From the NCBI RefSeq assembly GCF_024521635.1, contig NW_026250408.1, forward strand, positions 1,426,001 to 1,490,000: DNA of 64,000 nt, read 5' to 3'. The notes under the pieces are model-generated. The model was not told where the DNA came from, did no database searches, and saw only the letters and a list, made by a program, of their open reading frames with translations. Shown piece by piece: positions 14,192-25,987 of the stretch; position 1 is the first letter of the stretch; every line of letters starts with the position of its first letter. Source of the DNA: Tricharina praecox (Eukaryota). The translations under genes and the position numbers were made by a program.

Positions 14192-14268
14192 TGACGTCAA
14201 GCATCCACAATTCCCCGTTCGCACATCGACAACAAACCCGCTTTCCCAGCAGCGCTGGGCATATAAAA
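14192..14268 (+). promoter_or_regulatory. CRE/ATF site (TGACGTCA, 14192-14199) and TATA box (TATAAAA, 14262-14268) of the LEA gene
   Basis: Perfect CRE palindrome ~210 nt upstream of the ATG. The TATA box is followed by a CT-rich and then CA-rich leader. STRE-like CCCCT/AGGGG motifs lie near 13680 and 13740. Confidence 0.6.
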
Positions 14269-14399
14269 CTTTTCCTCCCTCTCTCTCGGTACCCTCCTTC
14301 ATCCTCATCCACAATCCACCACCACAACCACCACCACAACCACCACACCTCCCAAAACAACCCAGAAACCCCCCAACAACACAAACAAACAAACCCGCC

Positions 14400-14858
14400 A
14401 TGTCCGCCGCCATCCGCACCACCCTCATCCGCACGCTCAAGACTCCGGTCCTGCAGTCGACCACTACCACCACGACCACCACGACCCGGGCTTTGAGCAC
14501 GACCCCCGCGTTCTCCAAGGCGGTGACCGACTCGATCAAGGACACGGTCAAGGCTGTTGACCGGGCCACGGCCGATGCGGCGCTGAAGGGCATCGAGGTT
14601 GGCGAGAACGTTGTCGGCAAGGCCGAGAACGTCGCGGGCGAGGCCAAGAGCACTGCGAAGGAGTACTCCGGCGAGGCGAAGAACGTTGCTAGCCAGTATA
14701 TGGGCGAGACTAAGGGCAAGGCCTCCGAGGTCGAGGGAAAGGCTACGGGAAAGAAGGAGGAGCTGAAGGGTACTGCTAAGGGAATGAAGGAGGAGGCGCT
14801 CGGCAAGGCTCGTGGTACCGCCCAGGAGGTCGAGGGCAAGGTTAAGGGCTCTTTGTAG
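14400..14858 (+). CDS. Group-3 LEA (late embryogenesis abundant)-like hydrophilin with predicted mitochondrial presequence, 152 aa, single exon
   Basis: ATG in CCGCCATG context. The N-terminus is R/T/S-rich and free of acidic residues, ending in RALSTTP. It is followed by about seven 11-mer repeats (GKAENVAGEAK STAKEYSGEAK NVASQYMGETK GKASEVEGKAT GKKEELKGTAK GMKEEALGKAR GTAQEVEGKVK). Codons are strongly C/G-ending. Confidence 0.9.
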   Translation: MSAAIRTTLIRTLKTPVLQSTTTTTTTTTRALSTTPAFSKAVTDSIKDTVKAVDRATADAALKGIEVGENVVGKAENVAGEAKSTAKEYSGEAKNVASQYMGETKGKASEVEGKATGKKEELKGTAKGMKEEALGKARGTAQEVEGKVKGSL

Positions 14859-17263
14859 ACGGAAAATGGCATGGCTTTGTGAAGGCGCTCGGTTTACTTG
14901 ATTGACTTCTGTTCACGTTTTTTTTCTGGGGGGTTTGATTTTCTGTACATTTTTTTTTCATTGGGGATGGTATGAATCTTGTAACATAACAATAACAACC
15001 ACGAAAGCTACGATCATGGGAATTCGATTGTCTTTTTCTTTCGAATTGAGGCTCTGGTTGATGCTACGTACTGGAACTCGTATTCAGTCCTTCCTCCGTT
15101 TCCGCAGTCCCAGGCCACTGGCTCGATGCAGCAACCCACCGTCTCCTCCGCTCAACTGGGCATCATCGATTGGAGACTTCGGTTTGTTCGCTGTGGGGTA
15201 TGTGCACTATGTGTCGCAATCTAGAGTCCTGAGTCTGCCATCTGGCCGTCCGATCCCAACTCCCGCCATCGAGGCAAGTACTACCAAGTACTCTGATAGA
15301 GTATAACATTATACACCCCCAGAAGAGCGCCCGAAAAAAAAAACAATTAGAGTGCTATACATAGCGTCCCAAATTTCAATTTTCGCGATCCACGTTCCCG
15401 CACTTTACATACACGCTGCCATCGCCATCGCAACTGTAGTTTGTTTTCTCAGTTGAGAATCTGAGGATTATTGCCTTTGCCTTGCTTTTTTCCCGCACTC
15501 CCGCACTCTCGGCCTCGCAGCGCCACCAGGCATCTACCCAGAATCTCAAATATGATATGTAGAACCGTAGCACTGTAGCACTACGTAACCGCTTTCCATC
15601 CGTCACACCCTCGCTTGAACCTTCCGAACAAGAGCCCCGGCAAACTGGGACCGCGCGTTCACTCTGTGCCCACTGCCCAGTGACGGCAACACCTCGATCT
15701 CAGATCTTTGAGCGTGAATAAATATCGAACTCTGCTCTAGAGTCTAGAGTCTAGATACTCTTCGCGGGGGAAGCTTTACATAGTTTACATGGTAATAGCT
15801 ACAGTACAAACTCGCCTCCCCGCGCACGAGCGCCCGCGCGAGACGCCGTCACGAGCCAATCGCCACCGCGCGAGATCTTGCGCGCAGACACCGAGCCCGC
15901 CGGATCGGCCCCGTTGCTTTTCTCGAAACATACTCGGCTGCTCCGGACGAACGCCGGTTGGAACTTGGGGCGACCCCCGCTGAAAGCCTGATATCATAAG
16001 TGCTATATACAACCGTATATACCCCCCCCGCCGCCGCCGCGCCCGGCCGGGTGTGATATCCGTCCGCCCCCCCCCCCCCCCCCCCCAACAACGCCCCTCG
16101 ATTGCGCCAGTTCAAGCTTCAGCCGCTTCCTCCCGGCGGATCGGCGCGCACCAGTGCAGCAAGGCATACAGGTCTGGCACTCCTTGGCACCCTCCTTGGC
16201 TCAAGGAGCGAGCTGAGATCGGGAGGACCGGGGGACCGGGGGGCCAGGGAGGCGAGATCGCGAACTTGCCCGCCCGTGAGATCATACTCTACTCTGCTGT
16301 AGATGGGCGCCGAGAGGAAGAGGATGAGCGGATCGCGAACGCGCCACTGCGGTCTCGTGCTGGCTTACGTGCGATGGGAGGGCGAGGTGGATGGAGGCTG
16401 GCTGCACGTGATCGACTCCAGCGTCTGCTGCGCCAGTTACGTAATCGTGAAACTCCCGGCACGGTGCTTAGTCATGCAGAGTCACTCGGCGTAAACCCGG
16501 ATTGTCGCGGGCCGAGATGTGGAAACTGCTGTGCGCTGCGGCCCAGCGGACGGATATATAACTGCTACCGTCTACTAAGGTCGAATGTGGTGATAGCGCT
16601 GTATTGTGTGCCTACTTTCTTTGATACTTGACAACCTCCACTCGCCCCTGGGTGATTGGTAGCGGCGGAATCGGTGAATTTGTGGCAAAGGTTCTTTCGA
16701 CTTCCGTGGCGGCTAAAAAGGCGAGAGTGAGTGACTGCGGACCGAAAACGATGATGGCTGTCGGGCAATTGGTGGTGGAATGAACCGCCACCATTCGTGT
16801 TTCGAGCACCGGAGTGATACTCGGTTCGGAAGGAGGGCTCGAGCCTTTGAGCGAGTACGATGCCTAAGGGCCTTCTCGATTGTTCGAGCAGATAGGATGG
16901 GCTTTACCAGAATATTGAAGCCAAAGATGACAAAGATTGTTGCACGCTACCAGTTATGGAAGGATACCATGTCTTCACTCGGCATTCCCCCGAGGACTTC
17001 GGACATGTAGATGCTTACAAAGTATGGGAGATAATGCATCCTCTTCCACTTCAGGTCAGGTCCGAGATAAGATCAAGGATCCAACGGAAGAACGAGTGTC
17101 GGATTACACCTGGCCGTTGATACTCCCAAGGCTCGTGCCCATTGAACCTTCTCGCTCACATCCAAACCCCAATCATCCTCACATCCAGACCCCATCTTCC
17201 TCTGTCAGAATGCTTCCCGTAATTCTCGATGCCCTCTTAAGCTGTTCCCTGGCCAACATCACC

Positions 17264-18869
17264 ATGTTGTTCCTTTTCCTCTGTGTCAAGATGCTGCTTT
17301 CAAACGTCGTCAACGGCCAGGCCAGCCTCATACAATGTCTCGAGTCTCACTCGCTCCCGACGATAGTTGAATCATCCCCCAATTACCTCTCCGCCACGCA
17401 GGACTTCAACCTCCGGGTGAAATGGAAGCCACTGGTCCTTGTCACCCCCAGCACTGCCGAAGAGGTTTCGTCCGCAGTCCAGTGTGCCAACACCCACAAT
17501 GTCAAGGTTGCAGCTCGAGGCGGAGGCCACTCGTACGCTGGCAATGGAATGGGTGGTGCAGATGGAAGCTTGGTCATCGACATGAAGAAGTTCAAGACGC
17601 TTCGGGTTGATCCCGATACCCATGAGGCCATCATTGGTGCAGGCAACAGGCTGGGAAATGTCGCCACAGCCCTCTACGAACATGGAGAGAGGGGTCTTCC
17701 TCACGGGACATGTCCAGGGTAAGACCATCTCTCCGAACCTTGTGTTGCGAATCGTGACTGATACGTAGGCAGTGTTGGATTCGCCGGGCACGCCCTGCAC
17801 GGTGGATACGGCCACGCCTCTCGTATGTGGGGAACGACGCTGGACAACATCATCTCGGTGGAAGTGGTACTGGCCGACGGCCGCATCGTCAATGCTTCCG
17901 AGACTGAACATCCGGACCTGTTTTGGGTCAGTGATTTGCATCCCCCCTCGCCGTCTATTATATACTGATATATTTTTTTAGGCAATCCGCGGTACCGGCT
18001 CCTCGTTCGGAATCGTCACCAATTTTCACTTGAAAACACATCCGGCCCCAGCCAACGGCGTTTCGTTCTCCATCATCTTCCCTGAGGTCAACGATACGAG
18101 CACTTGGAAGAAAGTGGATCTTTTTCTCGCCATACAGGACTTTGCGGTCACACGGGCACCACCGGAGCTCTCGATGCGAGTTTGGACTTATACCGATGTG
18201 TTTGGACTCTTTGGTGCATATTGGGGTACGCAGTCGGATTTCTTCCGCGCGATCGATCCGCTTCTGATGAAGCTACCACAGGACTCCAAGCTCTCTTTCG
18301 ATGAAGCTGACTGGCTCACGTCTCTCCGCAACTCCTACGACGGCTCTGCCCTCCCGCAGCCGGAGGAGTACACACTACGCGAGACATTCCTTGCCAAATC
18401 CCTCGTATCGCCTCACAAACTGACGGCACCCGCCCTGCACTCCTTTTTCGGGTACCTATCCTCGCCCGTTGCCCGCAACGCCCCCACGAAATGGTGGGTG
18501 ATGTTAGACCTGTACGGCGGCGCGGGCTCCGCCATCTCGGCCTTCCCCAGCTCGTGGTCCAGCTACGCGCACCGCGACGCCCTGTGGACCATCCAGCTGT
18601 ACGCCTACACCGACAACCACCTCCCGCCGTTCCCGGACGCCGCCTACCCCTTCATGGACGTCATGCTCCGCAGTCTGACCTCCGCCCAGAACGAGACCGC
18701 CTTCGGCGCGTATCTGAACTATATCGATCCCACCATTCCGCCCGAGAAGGCGTACAAGCTGTATTACGGTGATCGGCTAGAGAAGTTGAGGGAGATCAAG
18801 AGGCGCTTCGATCCGGAAGAGAGGTTCTGGCATCCCCAGGCTATCAATGTCGGTAGTCGTGGTGTCTAG
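17264..18869 (+). CDS. Secreted FAD-linked oxidase, berberine-bridge-enzyme/AA7 (oligosaccharide oxidase-like), ~498 aa, 3 exons (17264-17718, 17773-17926, 17982-18869)
   Basis: Hydrophobic signal peptide, FAD motif ARGGGHSY, spliced HGTCPG|VGFAGHALHGGYG and DLFW|AIRGTGSSFGIVT, and C-terminal BBE motif AYLNYIDP...YYG..LEKLREIKRRFDP. An alternative in-frame ATG lies at 17210. Confidence 0.92.
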
Positions 18870-21190
18870 TAGTCGACAGTCGGACCACGAGCGTTTGTAT
18901 TATTGGTATTCTTCTCTGTGCGGCACGATGGCATACGCATACGGCCTCTGTTGAGTGTCTTTTTACAGTTTGTTGACGGTTATGGCTTCTTATTCATACA
19001 ACATTGTCTTTGTACAGTTTTTTGATGATTGCGGCTTCTTGTTCATACAGTATTGTCTTTGTAAGGTTGTTTTGTACCGTCGACCCACGGGTTCTTATTA
19101 ATACATTCATGGCTTTGTAAGCGTGTTTTGTTACTTTGTACCGTGCATTCACGGGTTATGTGGACAGTAGAGGAGAATGCGAAACTGTAGCTTTTACGCA
19201 ACCGGTCCGGTACGGGGAAAGCGAGTGATTTTCCAATAGATACGCAGCACGTCTGGAGGCTGGCCCTCATCTCTCATTTCCTTCGTTCATAGATGGTAGC
19301 TCCATCCATCACGACTGCAAGCAAGCACGTGCTAATCGACCGTACACCATCCATCCTGTTATCCCTACGGACCCTACCTACCTAGCTACCGCCGTTTCGC
19401 CGCCCGCGTGAAGCGTGAAACGAGAGCGATGCACAGAAGATCACCATGCCGGCATATAGGAATTCACTCGGATTCCGCCATTCTAGAGATGCCTATATGT
19501 ACAAGTAGAGAAAAGAATAGAGAGATATGTGCTATTGGCTATATACCAGACGTCACCGAAAAGTAGAACCATGGAACCTGGATTGCTCCGGCCGACTGTG
19601 ACCGTCGTCGGGATGTATCATGTGACGACTCACTGGGACATTATCGCTATTTCTTCCGGAGACACCGTGCACTGTGCTGGGAATCGGGATGAAGGCCGAG
19701 TGAGCACTGAGGGCTACTTACGAACTCAACCACGAACTCAACCGTGCTCTTACTCCTGGTGGCCAGGGAATCGTCCAATATCCTCACGGGAAACCAGACG
19801 TACCGACTGGCTCCGTCACAATCGTAACTAACTCTACTACCTAACCGTAGACTTACCGGCTGCGGCTGCGGCTCGAGGCAGCGATATTATACGCAACCAG
19901 CGTTCCCTTAGATTGAACTTCTAATTTTTCCCGTATAGAGGGTACGTACGGAGTCCAGCTGTCGTAACTACCCGCTGCTGCACCGTGGTTCTCGGGCGGC
20001 CGGTCATGCAACATCACTCGCTGCGTGAGTCGAGTGACATCATATGCCTCGCCGGCAACGACAGCGACAAGCCTCAAGAGTCAATAGCGACTCTTAATGG
20101 CGATTCAGTTGCGAGCTAGTACCTCGTGAGGCCTTGCTTATCTCTCCACCCCACGACACTTCTCCCCTCAACCAAGTATGGGGCGTTATATTAGTCCGGA
20201 CTCCGCTATGCTCTTGCTACGCTACCTATGTTCTAAGTGCTCGATCTTTGCTCTCGCCACTGCTACTGCTACTGCTGTTGTGCTTTGCCTTGCGAATGCC
20301 TGTGTGTGCTTGAAGAGAGAAGATTGGGGGATAGGCATCGCGCCCGGATGGTGCGGAATGTGACTCGTGAGGCTGCACAGAATATCGATAAAAACAGCAA
20401 CAACAACAACAAACGGGATCACGTACCCGCGACCGCCGACCTCAGCACGGAATCCATATCAACAAACGCGGCCGATACCAATAATCAATGGTCCAGCACA
20501 GTAGTAGCAGCAGTCAGGGAGTTTCACGGGGAGGGAGTGCGGACGTAACGCTGGCTGCACGGAAGAGCAACAACAAATGGGACCACATACCCGCGGTCTC
20601 GGCACGGATCAACAAGCAGCAGCAACTCGACTACCTAGTAACTATCCGGATAGATAGTAGATTCCACCCGAACTGTTACCCACCAAGATCAATGGACTCG
20701 GAAGTATATCAAAAATGCATCCCTTCCACCACGCTGAGGGTTTCAATACCTACTTTGGTTGTGGTTTTGCAGTGGTGGAGGCGACTCAGACGAGCGTATG
20801 CAGACATACCGGTATTCGGGAATCGGGGAGACGTATGTAGTATAATAGTATGTATGTAGGATCGTGGATAGAAACTGTTCCTGCGGTCAATGGCTGGCCG
20901 CTGGTCATAAACCGATCAAGTTGTGCCCACCGCGAATGCATCTAGCTAATGGATTGGAAGTTAGAACAGTAACTTGATTCTGATCCTAATCCGTCCAAGC
21001 CAAAAAATCATGAAAGATGGAAACCGGTGATATGTATTGGCGCGGATAAACTTCCGCGCTGCCAGGGTCGAGTCTCGAGGGTCGACCGAGTGCTGCCTGG
21101 GGGCCGTGGCGAGTAACCTAAGACCTTCGAAGTTCGGCGGCAGCTAGGTCGCATACTCAGTAACCTTCGGACTAAGCAGTGTGAAGTCTG

Positions 21191-21243
21191 TCTGAACTCT
21201 GAACTCTGAACTCTGAACTCCGAACCCTGAAGTCTGAAGTCCG
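21191..21243. repeat. (TCTGAAC)n heptamer microsatellite, ~7 copies degenerating 3'
   Basis: tctgaac x4, then tccgaac, cctgaag, tctgaag. Confidence 0.85.
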
Positions 21244-21639
21244 TGTATAAAGAGAGACCTTGCTGCTGATGACATTGCTGCTGTACCAGGAATAGCCAAT
21301 AAGTCGTGCCTCACCATCATTACGAATTATCAGCGCAAGATGAGGCACCAGTTACCCTTACACCGGAGTACCGTATCTACATCGAGCTAGCTACATCTTT
21401 CAACAAAATCAGTTCCACTTCTATGTACCATACTCTGCAGACGACTCGACTCGGCACTACTCACCACTTGACTTGATGGATCCGCAGACAGACAGTATGA
21501 ATCTACGAGTCTACGACCCACCCCTCCACCCCCCTTCCCCCTCAGCAACGCCCCCCCCCCCCCCTCCTCCACACCCCTCCCTCGCGGCCACTCAGAAACA
21601 CCCCTCCACCCCTCCACCCCCCACCCCGCCTCCCCAAGC

Positions 21640-21663
21640 AAAAAAACAAGAAAAAAAAAGAAA
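21640..21663 (-). terminator. RNA polymerase III oligo-T terminator of the tRNA-Leu gene
   Basis: T-runs (TTTCTTTTTTTTTCTTGTTTTTTT on the minus strand) begin a few nt after the discriminator base. Confidence 0.8.
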
Positions 21664-21667
21664 GTAC

Positions 21668-21775
21668 TGACAGGAGTGGGACTTGAACCCACGCTCAGTT
21701 TCCCGAACCAGGAGACGATACGATCGAATTAAGGTGACCTTAACCTGGCGCCATAACCAACTCGGCCATCCTGCC
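21668..21775 (-). tRNA. tRNA-Leu, anticodon AAG, with a 24-nt intron (21737-21714)
   Basis: Minus strand reads GGCAGGA TGGCCGAGTTGGTTATGGCG CCAGG TT AAG G [intron] T CCTGG, long variable arm, GTGGG TTCAAGT CCCAC TCCTGTC A. Acceptor, anticodon and T stems all pair, the intron sits at canonical position 37/38, and A- and B-boxes are present. Confidence 0.95.
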
Positions 21776-22324
21776 TTTGATGCTAGTTCACTGTTCTTAG
21801 CATATGTCACAGCTAAGTGCTACGACAGCTCAGCTCTGAGCTGTGATTCACCGTCCTGAATGATAATGACTGAATTCAGCATGTACTCCCCGCATTGTAC
21901 GATACTGGTAGTAGACTAGTAGTGTAGTGATAGAGTCAATTAGGTTCACAATTAGGTACATAAACGACCACCTTCAACTACCTCCAACCGCGAGCACGTC
22001 CTGGTCTCCCAGTCATCCCAGCTCCTCCAAATCTTTTCCAGCTCCGACCTCTGCTCCATCCACCATGAACCAAAAAAGAAAAACGGAGAGTAGACAGTTT
22101 TCATACATTCGACTGATAGTTATGCGTGATGCCGCCATACATGATACCCACCATAGCTTTTGTGAAATTGTGATATCCTCAAGATGCCAGATGCAAGATT
22201 CCAAGTAAGTAGAAAGTGAGAAACGAAAAGAACGCAAGCCATGACACAGCAGACAAACGCCAAAAGTGAACAACCCAACAACTCTGCAACCCCACAACCC
22301 CAACCAACCCACCAACGCAGCCCC

Positions 22325-23959
22325 TTACGCATGCCCACTACTCCTCCTCTGCTCCGTAACAAACGCAAACTCCCTAACCGGCTCAACCGGCCAGTTCTCC
22401 ACGCCCATCTCGCCCTCGCCCTCAAACGCGTCCCTCCACGGCGCCATCAACTCTTCGGGCACATTCCCCCACTCCCTCGCCCTTTTATCATCTCTCAGCC
22501 ACAGCCTGAGGAGATGCCTCCTCTCCTCGGGCTCCTCACGATCCTGAAACCCCTCGCGGGCATGCAGCAGCGCGAAATTATTCCAGAACAGCAGGTCGCC
22601 GGGCTGTTGGGCGACAGAGAGCGCGTGCGCGACGCCACAGAAGTGCACCGTGTCCAGCGCGGCGGACTGCGCAGGTGTCAGCGACGGGATTGTGGGCGTG
22701 CGCGGGGAGACGGGTGAGCCCGTCAATGGCCGCCGCGAGAAGGAGAGCTGGATCCGCCGCGTGGTGCCGGAGGGAACGGAGTACAGCAGTGGCCGCAGGG
22801 TGTAAGAGGGCGTGCGCCCGAAACTGTCGAAGGCCCAGTTCGGGGCTGCTAGTGTGGCGATGTGCGCCGGTGCTAGGGAGTTGTAGATTTTGGAGGAGGA
22901 CGCGAGGAGGCTGCGCCCGCCGCGGAAGGCGGGGCGGAGTGTGTATAGCGCGAGGATGTCGGCGGTGTCGGTGTGGAAGGGCTGACGGCATGAGTATATC
23001 TTGCGAAGTAGGAGAAAGGGAGTCACTCACTTGCGGAACATTGGAGTACGGTGCTTGTCGTACGTTGTCTGGAGCCACGGACGCTCCAAGGTCCGTGAGG
23101 TGGACTGTCCCTCAATTAGCTGACGGGGAGAGTGTACCGGAACATTGGAACCCACGTAGATAGTTGTTCTTTTCATCCTGCCGTCCCCGTCTCTCGGCCA
23201 CATAACTAGCAATCCCAGCGTAGAGGATGACATTGTCCCTGGCACTGTATTTTTTCGGGTCGAGTCCGCGCAGGATAAAGAAGCCACGACCGTTGTTCTG
23301 GCCGTAGAGCTTGTTCGAGAGCGAGATGATCCTCGGGCCAAGCTCGGGGAGTGGAAAGGTCTTTCGTCCTACGGCGGCGATGGGCAGACTGAGACCTGCG
23401 TGCAGGGTTAGGGCAACCGTTTTTTCTTTTTCTTTCTCAACCGACGGAGCTCGTGTTTGCAGCCTGGCGGAGGCATTGCAAGCAAGCCTTGCAACATACC
23501 TTTGAAGTGCTCGAGGGCGTGTTCGATCTCGGCGATGTCGTCGGCGCTGAGGGAGCGCAGATACTCGTGCTCGACGAGATCCTGGCCACTCCAGACGAGC
23601 GGGGAAGCGGGGTCAATCCGTGCAGGGAACCGCGGCGGCAGTACCGGCGGGATTGCAGGTCTTGCGTGCAGCGCGCGCTGCTGCTGGAGCCGACGCGAGT
23701 AGTAGACTCGGGGATCGGGATTCCACGTTTTGGCGGGATCGGGGAAATTCTCTTCGTCGGTGGGCGGCGGGTGACAGCGCGGCGAGCAATTGGTGCCCGA
23801 GAGGTCCTCTTGGTTCGCCAGCGACAACGTGGGCGCCGCCCGTCCTTCGACGATCACACGGCCGGATATGTAACCGGTTCGACGCTGGTGACATCCTGCA
23901 GCAATTGTAGGGGTGCACCCCTCGTCGGCTGTGATTGGCGACGCAAGGGACGGAGCCAT
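22325..23959 (-). CDS. TauD/TfdA (clavaminate synthase-like) Fe(II)/2-oxoglutarate dioxygenase, ~476 aa, 4 exons (23959-23500, 23395-23156, 23104-23031, 22981-22325)
   Basis: Introns with GTATGT/GTGGGT/GTGAGT donors and CAG acceptors keep the frame. Motifs: LVWSG, TFPLP, GRGFFILRGL, QPFHTD (HxD), QPGDLLFWNN..LLHAREGF (distal His) and RRHLLRLWL (2OG-binding Arg). Confidence 0.92.
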
Positions 23960-25854
23960 GGATATGGGATGGTGTCAGGGTCCTTCAGGGTCCTCTGGGG
24001 GGTCGGGGGTTGTGCGGGGCGGTGAAGCGGTGAGAGAGGATAGATGCACGGGGGGGGAAGTTTTTTTTTTTCCCTTCGAAACACAGGTAGAAGCGGTGAG
24101 AGGAAAACGAGGCTTTTGGAGGGGAGGGGGGTGGTAGGTAGACTTAGAATGGATCGAGTTGGAGCCGCTGGAGCTGCCGCATCGGTGGAGGCCGCGCTGG
24201 CTGAGATGTCTGCGCGGCATGCTGCATTTGGGGGAGTGTGCGGTGCGGGGGGTGAGGAATTGGGTGGAGGGGGGAGGAATTGGGTGGAGGGGGGAGGAGG
24301 TGGATGGTGGACGATGTATGATTGGGGATTGGGGAGGGGAGATTCGAAGCGTAGGTAGGTTGGAGTATGCATCGGATCGAAGTCATCTATCCCACCAGCA
24401 GCTGGTGGCTGGCCGACAGCAGCAGCGTACAGCGAGCATGTACCTACTCTAGGTACCCAACCGTCCCCAACCACGCCCATCCACTGCCATGGGCCCGGCG
24501 GCAGCGGGGAGAGTGTCCGAGCGAAAGTGGGCCCACCCGTACATGAGCATTGAGGATCTTTTCTGCAGGGCTGAGGCCGGAAGGGTGGTGGTGGTGGGAT
24601 AACTAGGCAGTGGTGGTGGCACTGGCGGGGTCGCGGGGTCGCGGGGCGGGTGTCTGGCCGCTGGTAGGTGGAAGAACACGGGATCGGATGCCTGGGATGG
24701 ATGGCCAAGCGCATGGGAGCGTCTTCGTTGGCGAGACGGACCCGGTTGTTTCTGGAGAAGGCAGGCGGGGTAGGACAGACAGCGGTCGCGGGGAGGCCTA
24801 TCAGAGGACTCTGTGGCTTCGTGGCTTCCGGAGAGGGAGGGGCAACGGGACTCCAAGTATGTGCACACCCAGAGACTCCCGATAGAGTCTAGAGATAGTC
24901 AGCGGCTGCAGGATGCGATATCGCATGGGGGGTTTTCCCTGCGTATGAGAGTGAGTGGGTAGCGTACTCACCTACAGACATTCAGTCGCAGATCCTGCAA
25001 CTACCGGCATCACCACGAGCCAGCAGAGGGATCCGACATAGATACGTGTGGGCCGTATGAAGAAGTATGTGTACTCCACTCGACTGCACAGCACTGGTTA
25101 GCATGATGGTATGTAGTACCGAGGAAGTAGAGAACAGACCGGCAACTGAGCATGCATTGCACGGATGTAGAGTACTGTATGGTAGAGTAGAGTACATACC
25201 TACCACCCAGCACACACATCCACAGCAGCAACGGGAATCCCGAAGCGTCCAGACCGGGCCCAGCAATGCTGCAGCGTCTCATGGCACATGCACCGGCGGG
25301 CCCTGGGCGGTACATGGGAAGGGTTGGCAAGTATTGGCTATCCCGCTATGTGCTCGGAGACGGTGATACCGTTCATGCTTCATACGGTCTGGACAGAGCG
25401 GCTTCGTGTTGCTATGGAGGTCTGCACGCCTCCCTGTGCGGCGCTGCGTAGTGCACTGTACGCCTCCAGTACTCTTATGTAATTGCGCGAATGCTTCGGT
25501 GTCACGATTGGTCGGCGCCGCTGTCGACGGCCAGCTGGTCGCGACGGCCCTATCGTATCTCGCGGTGCTGGTCTGGAGCCTAGTCATCATGCACGGCTGG
25601 GCCTGGTCGCTAGGCGAACCGCTACTCCCGAACCGGCTCGGGCGTCGGCCGCTACGCTACTTGGACTAGGGTGAGGCGAAAAGTTCCGGGCTTACTGGAC
25701 TTGGAGTAGGTACCGTGTCTGGCCGGTGAACTTCTGTCGCGGCGTGGCGATGTGGAGGCAGTCCGACTCGCCGTTGAGCGGCGCGGGCCGGTGCGTGTGG
25801 CTTCGCGTCGTGGTGTCGCTGCCGGGGTGTCATGGCCGATTGATGATGGTTGGT

Positions 25855-25987
25855 GACTGTGGCGTAGGTCAGTGGCTGTGGCGTAGGTCAGTGGCTGTGG
25901 CGTCAGTCAGTTGCTGTGGCGTAGGTCGGTGGCTGTGGCGTAGGTCAGTGGCTGTGGCGTAGGTCAGCGGCTGTGGCATCAGTCAGT
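25855..25987. repeat. 19-bp minisatellite, 7 copies (GGCTGTGGCGTAGGTCAGT)
   Basis: Seven head-to-tail units with 0-3 substitutions each and no spacers. Confidence 0.95.

Noticed and set aside
14064..14399. N-terminal extension of the LEA ORF in the ORF track (264 aa)
   Set aside because: Starts at a non-ATG codon and runs through the CRE, TATA box and CA-rich leader. ATG 14400 has a good context and begins the presequence.
23405..23413. GGGTTAGGG telomere-like motif
   Set aside because: Single unit; it is the reverse complement of the CCTAAC branch site of a TauD intron.
7348..23959. TF + FAD oxidase + TauD dioxygenase as a secondary-metabolite cluster
   Set aside because: No PKS, NRPS, terpene or RiPP backbone gene and no transporter. 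The genes are 3-5 kb apart and interrupted by a LEA gene and a tRNA.
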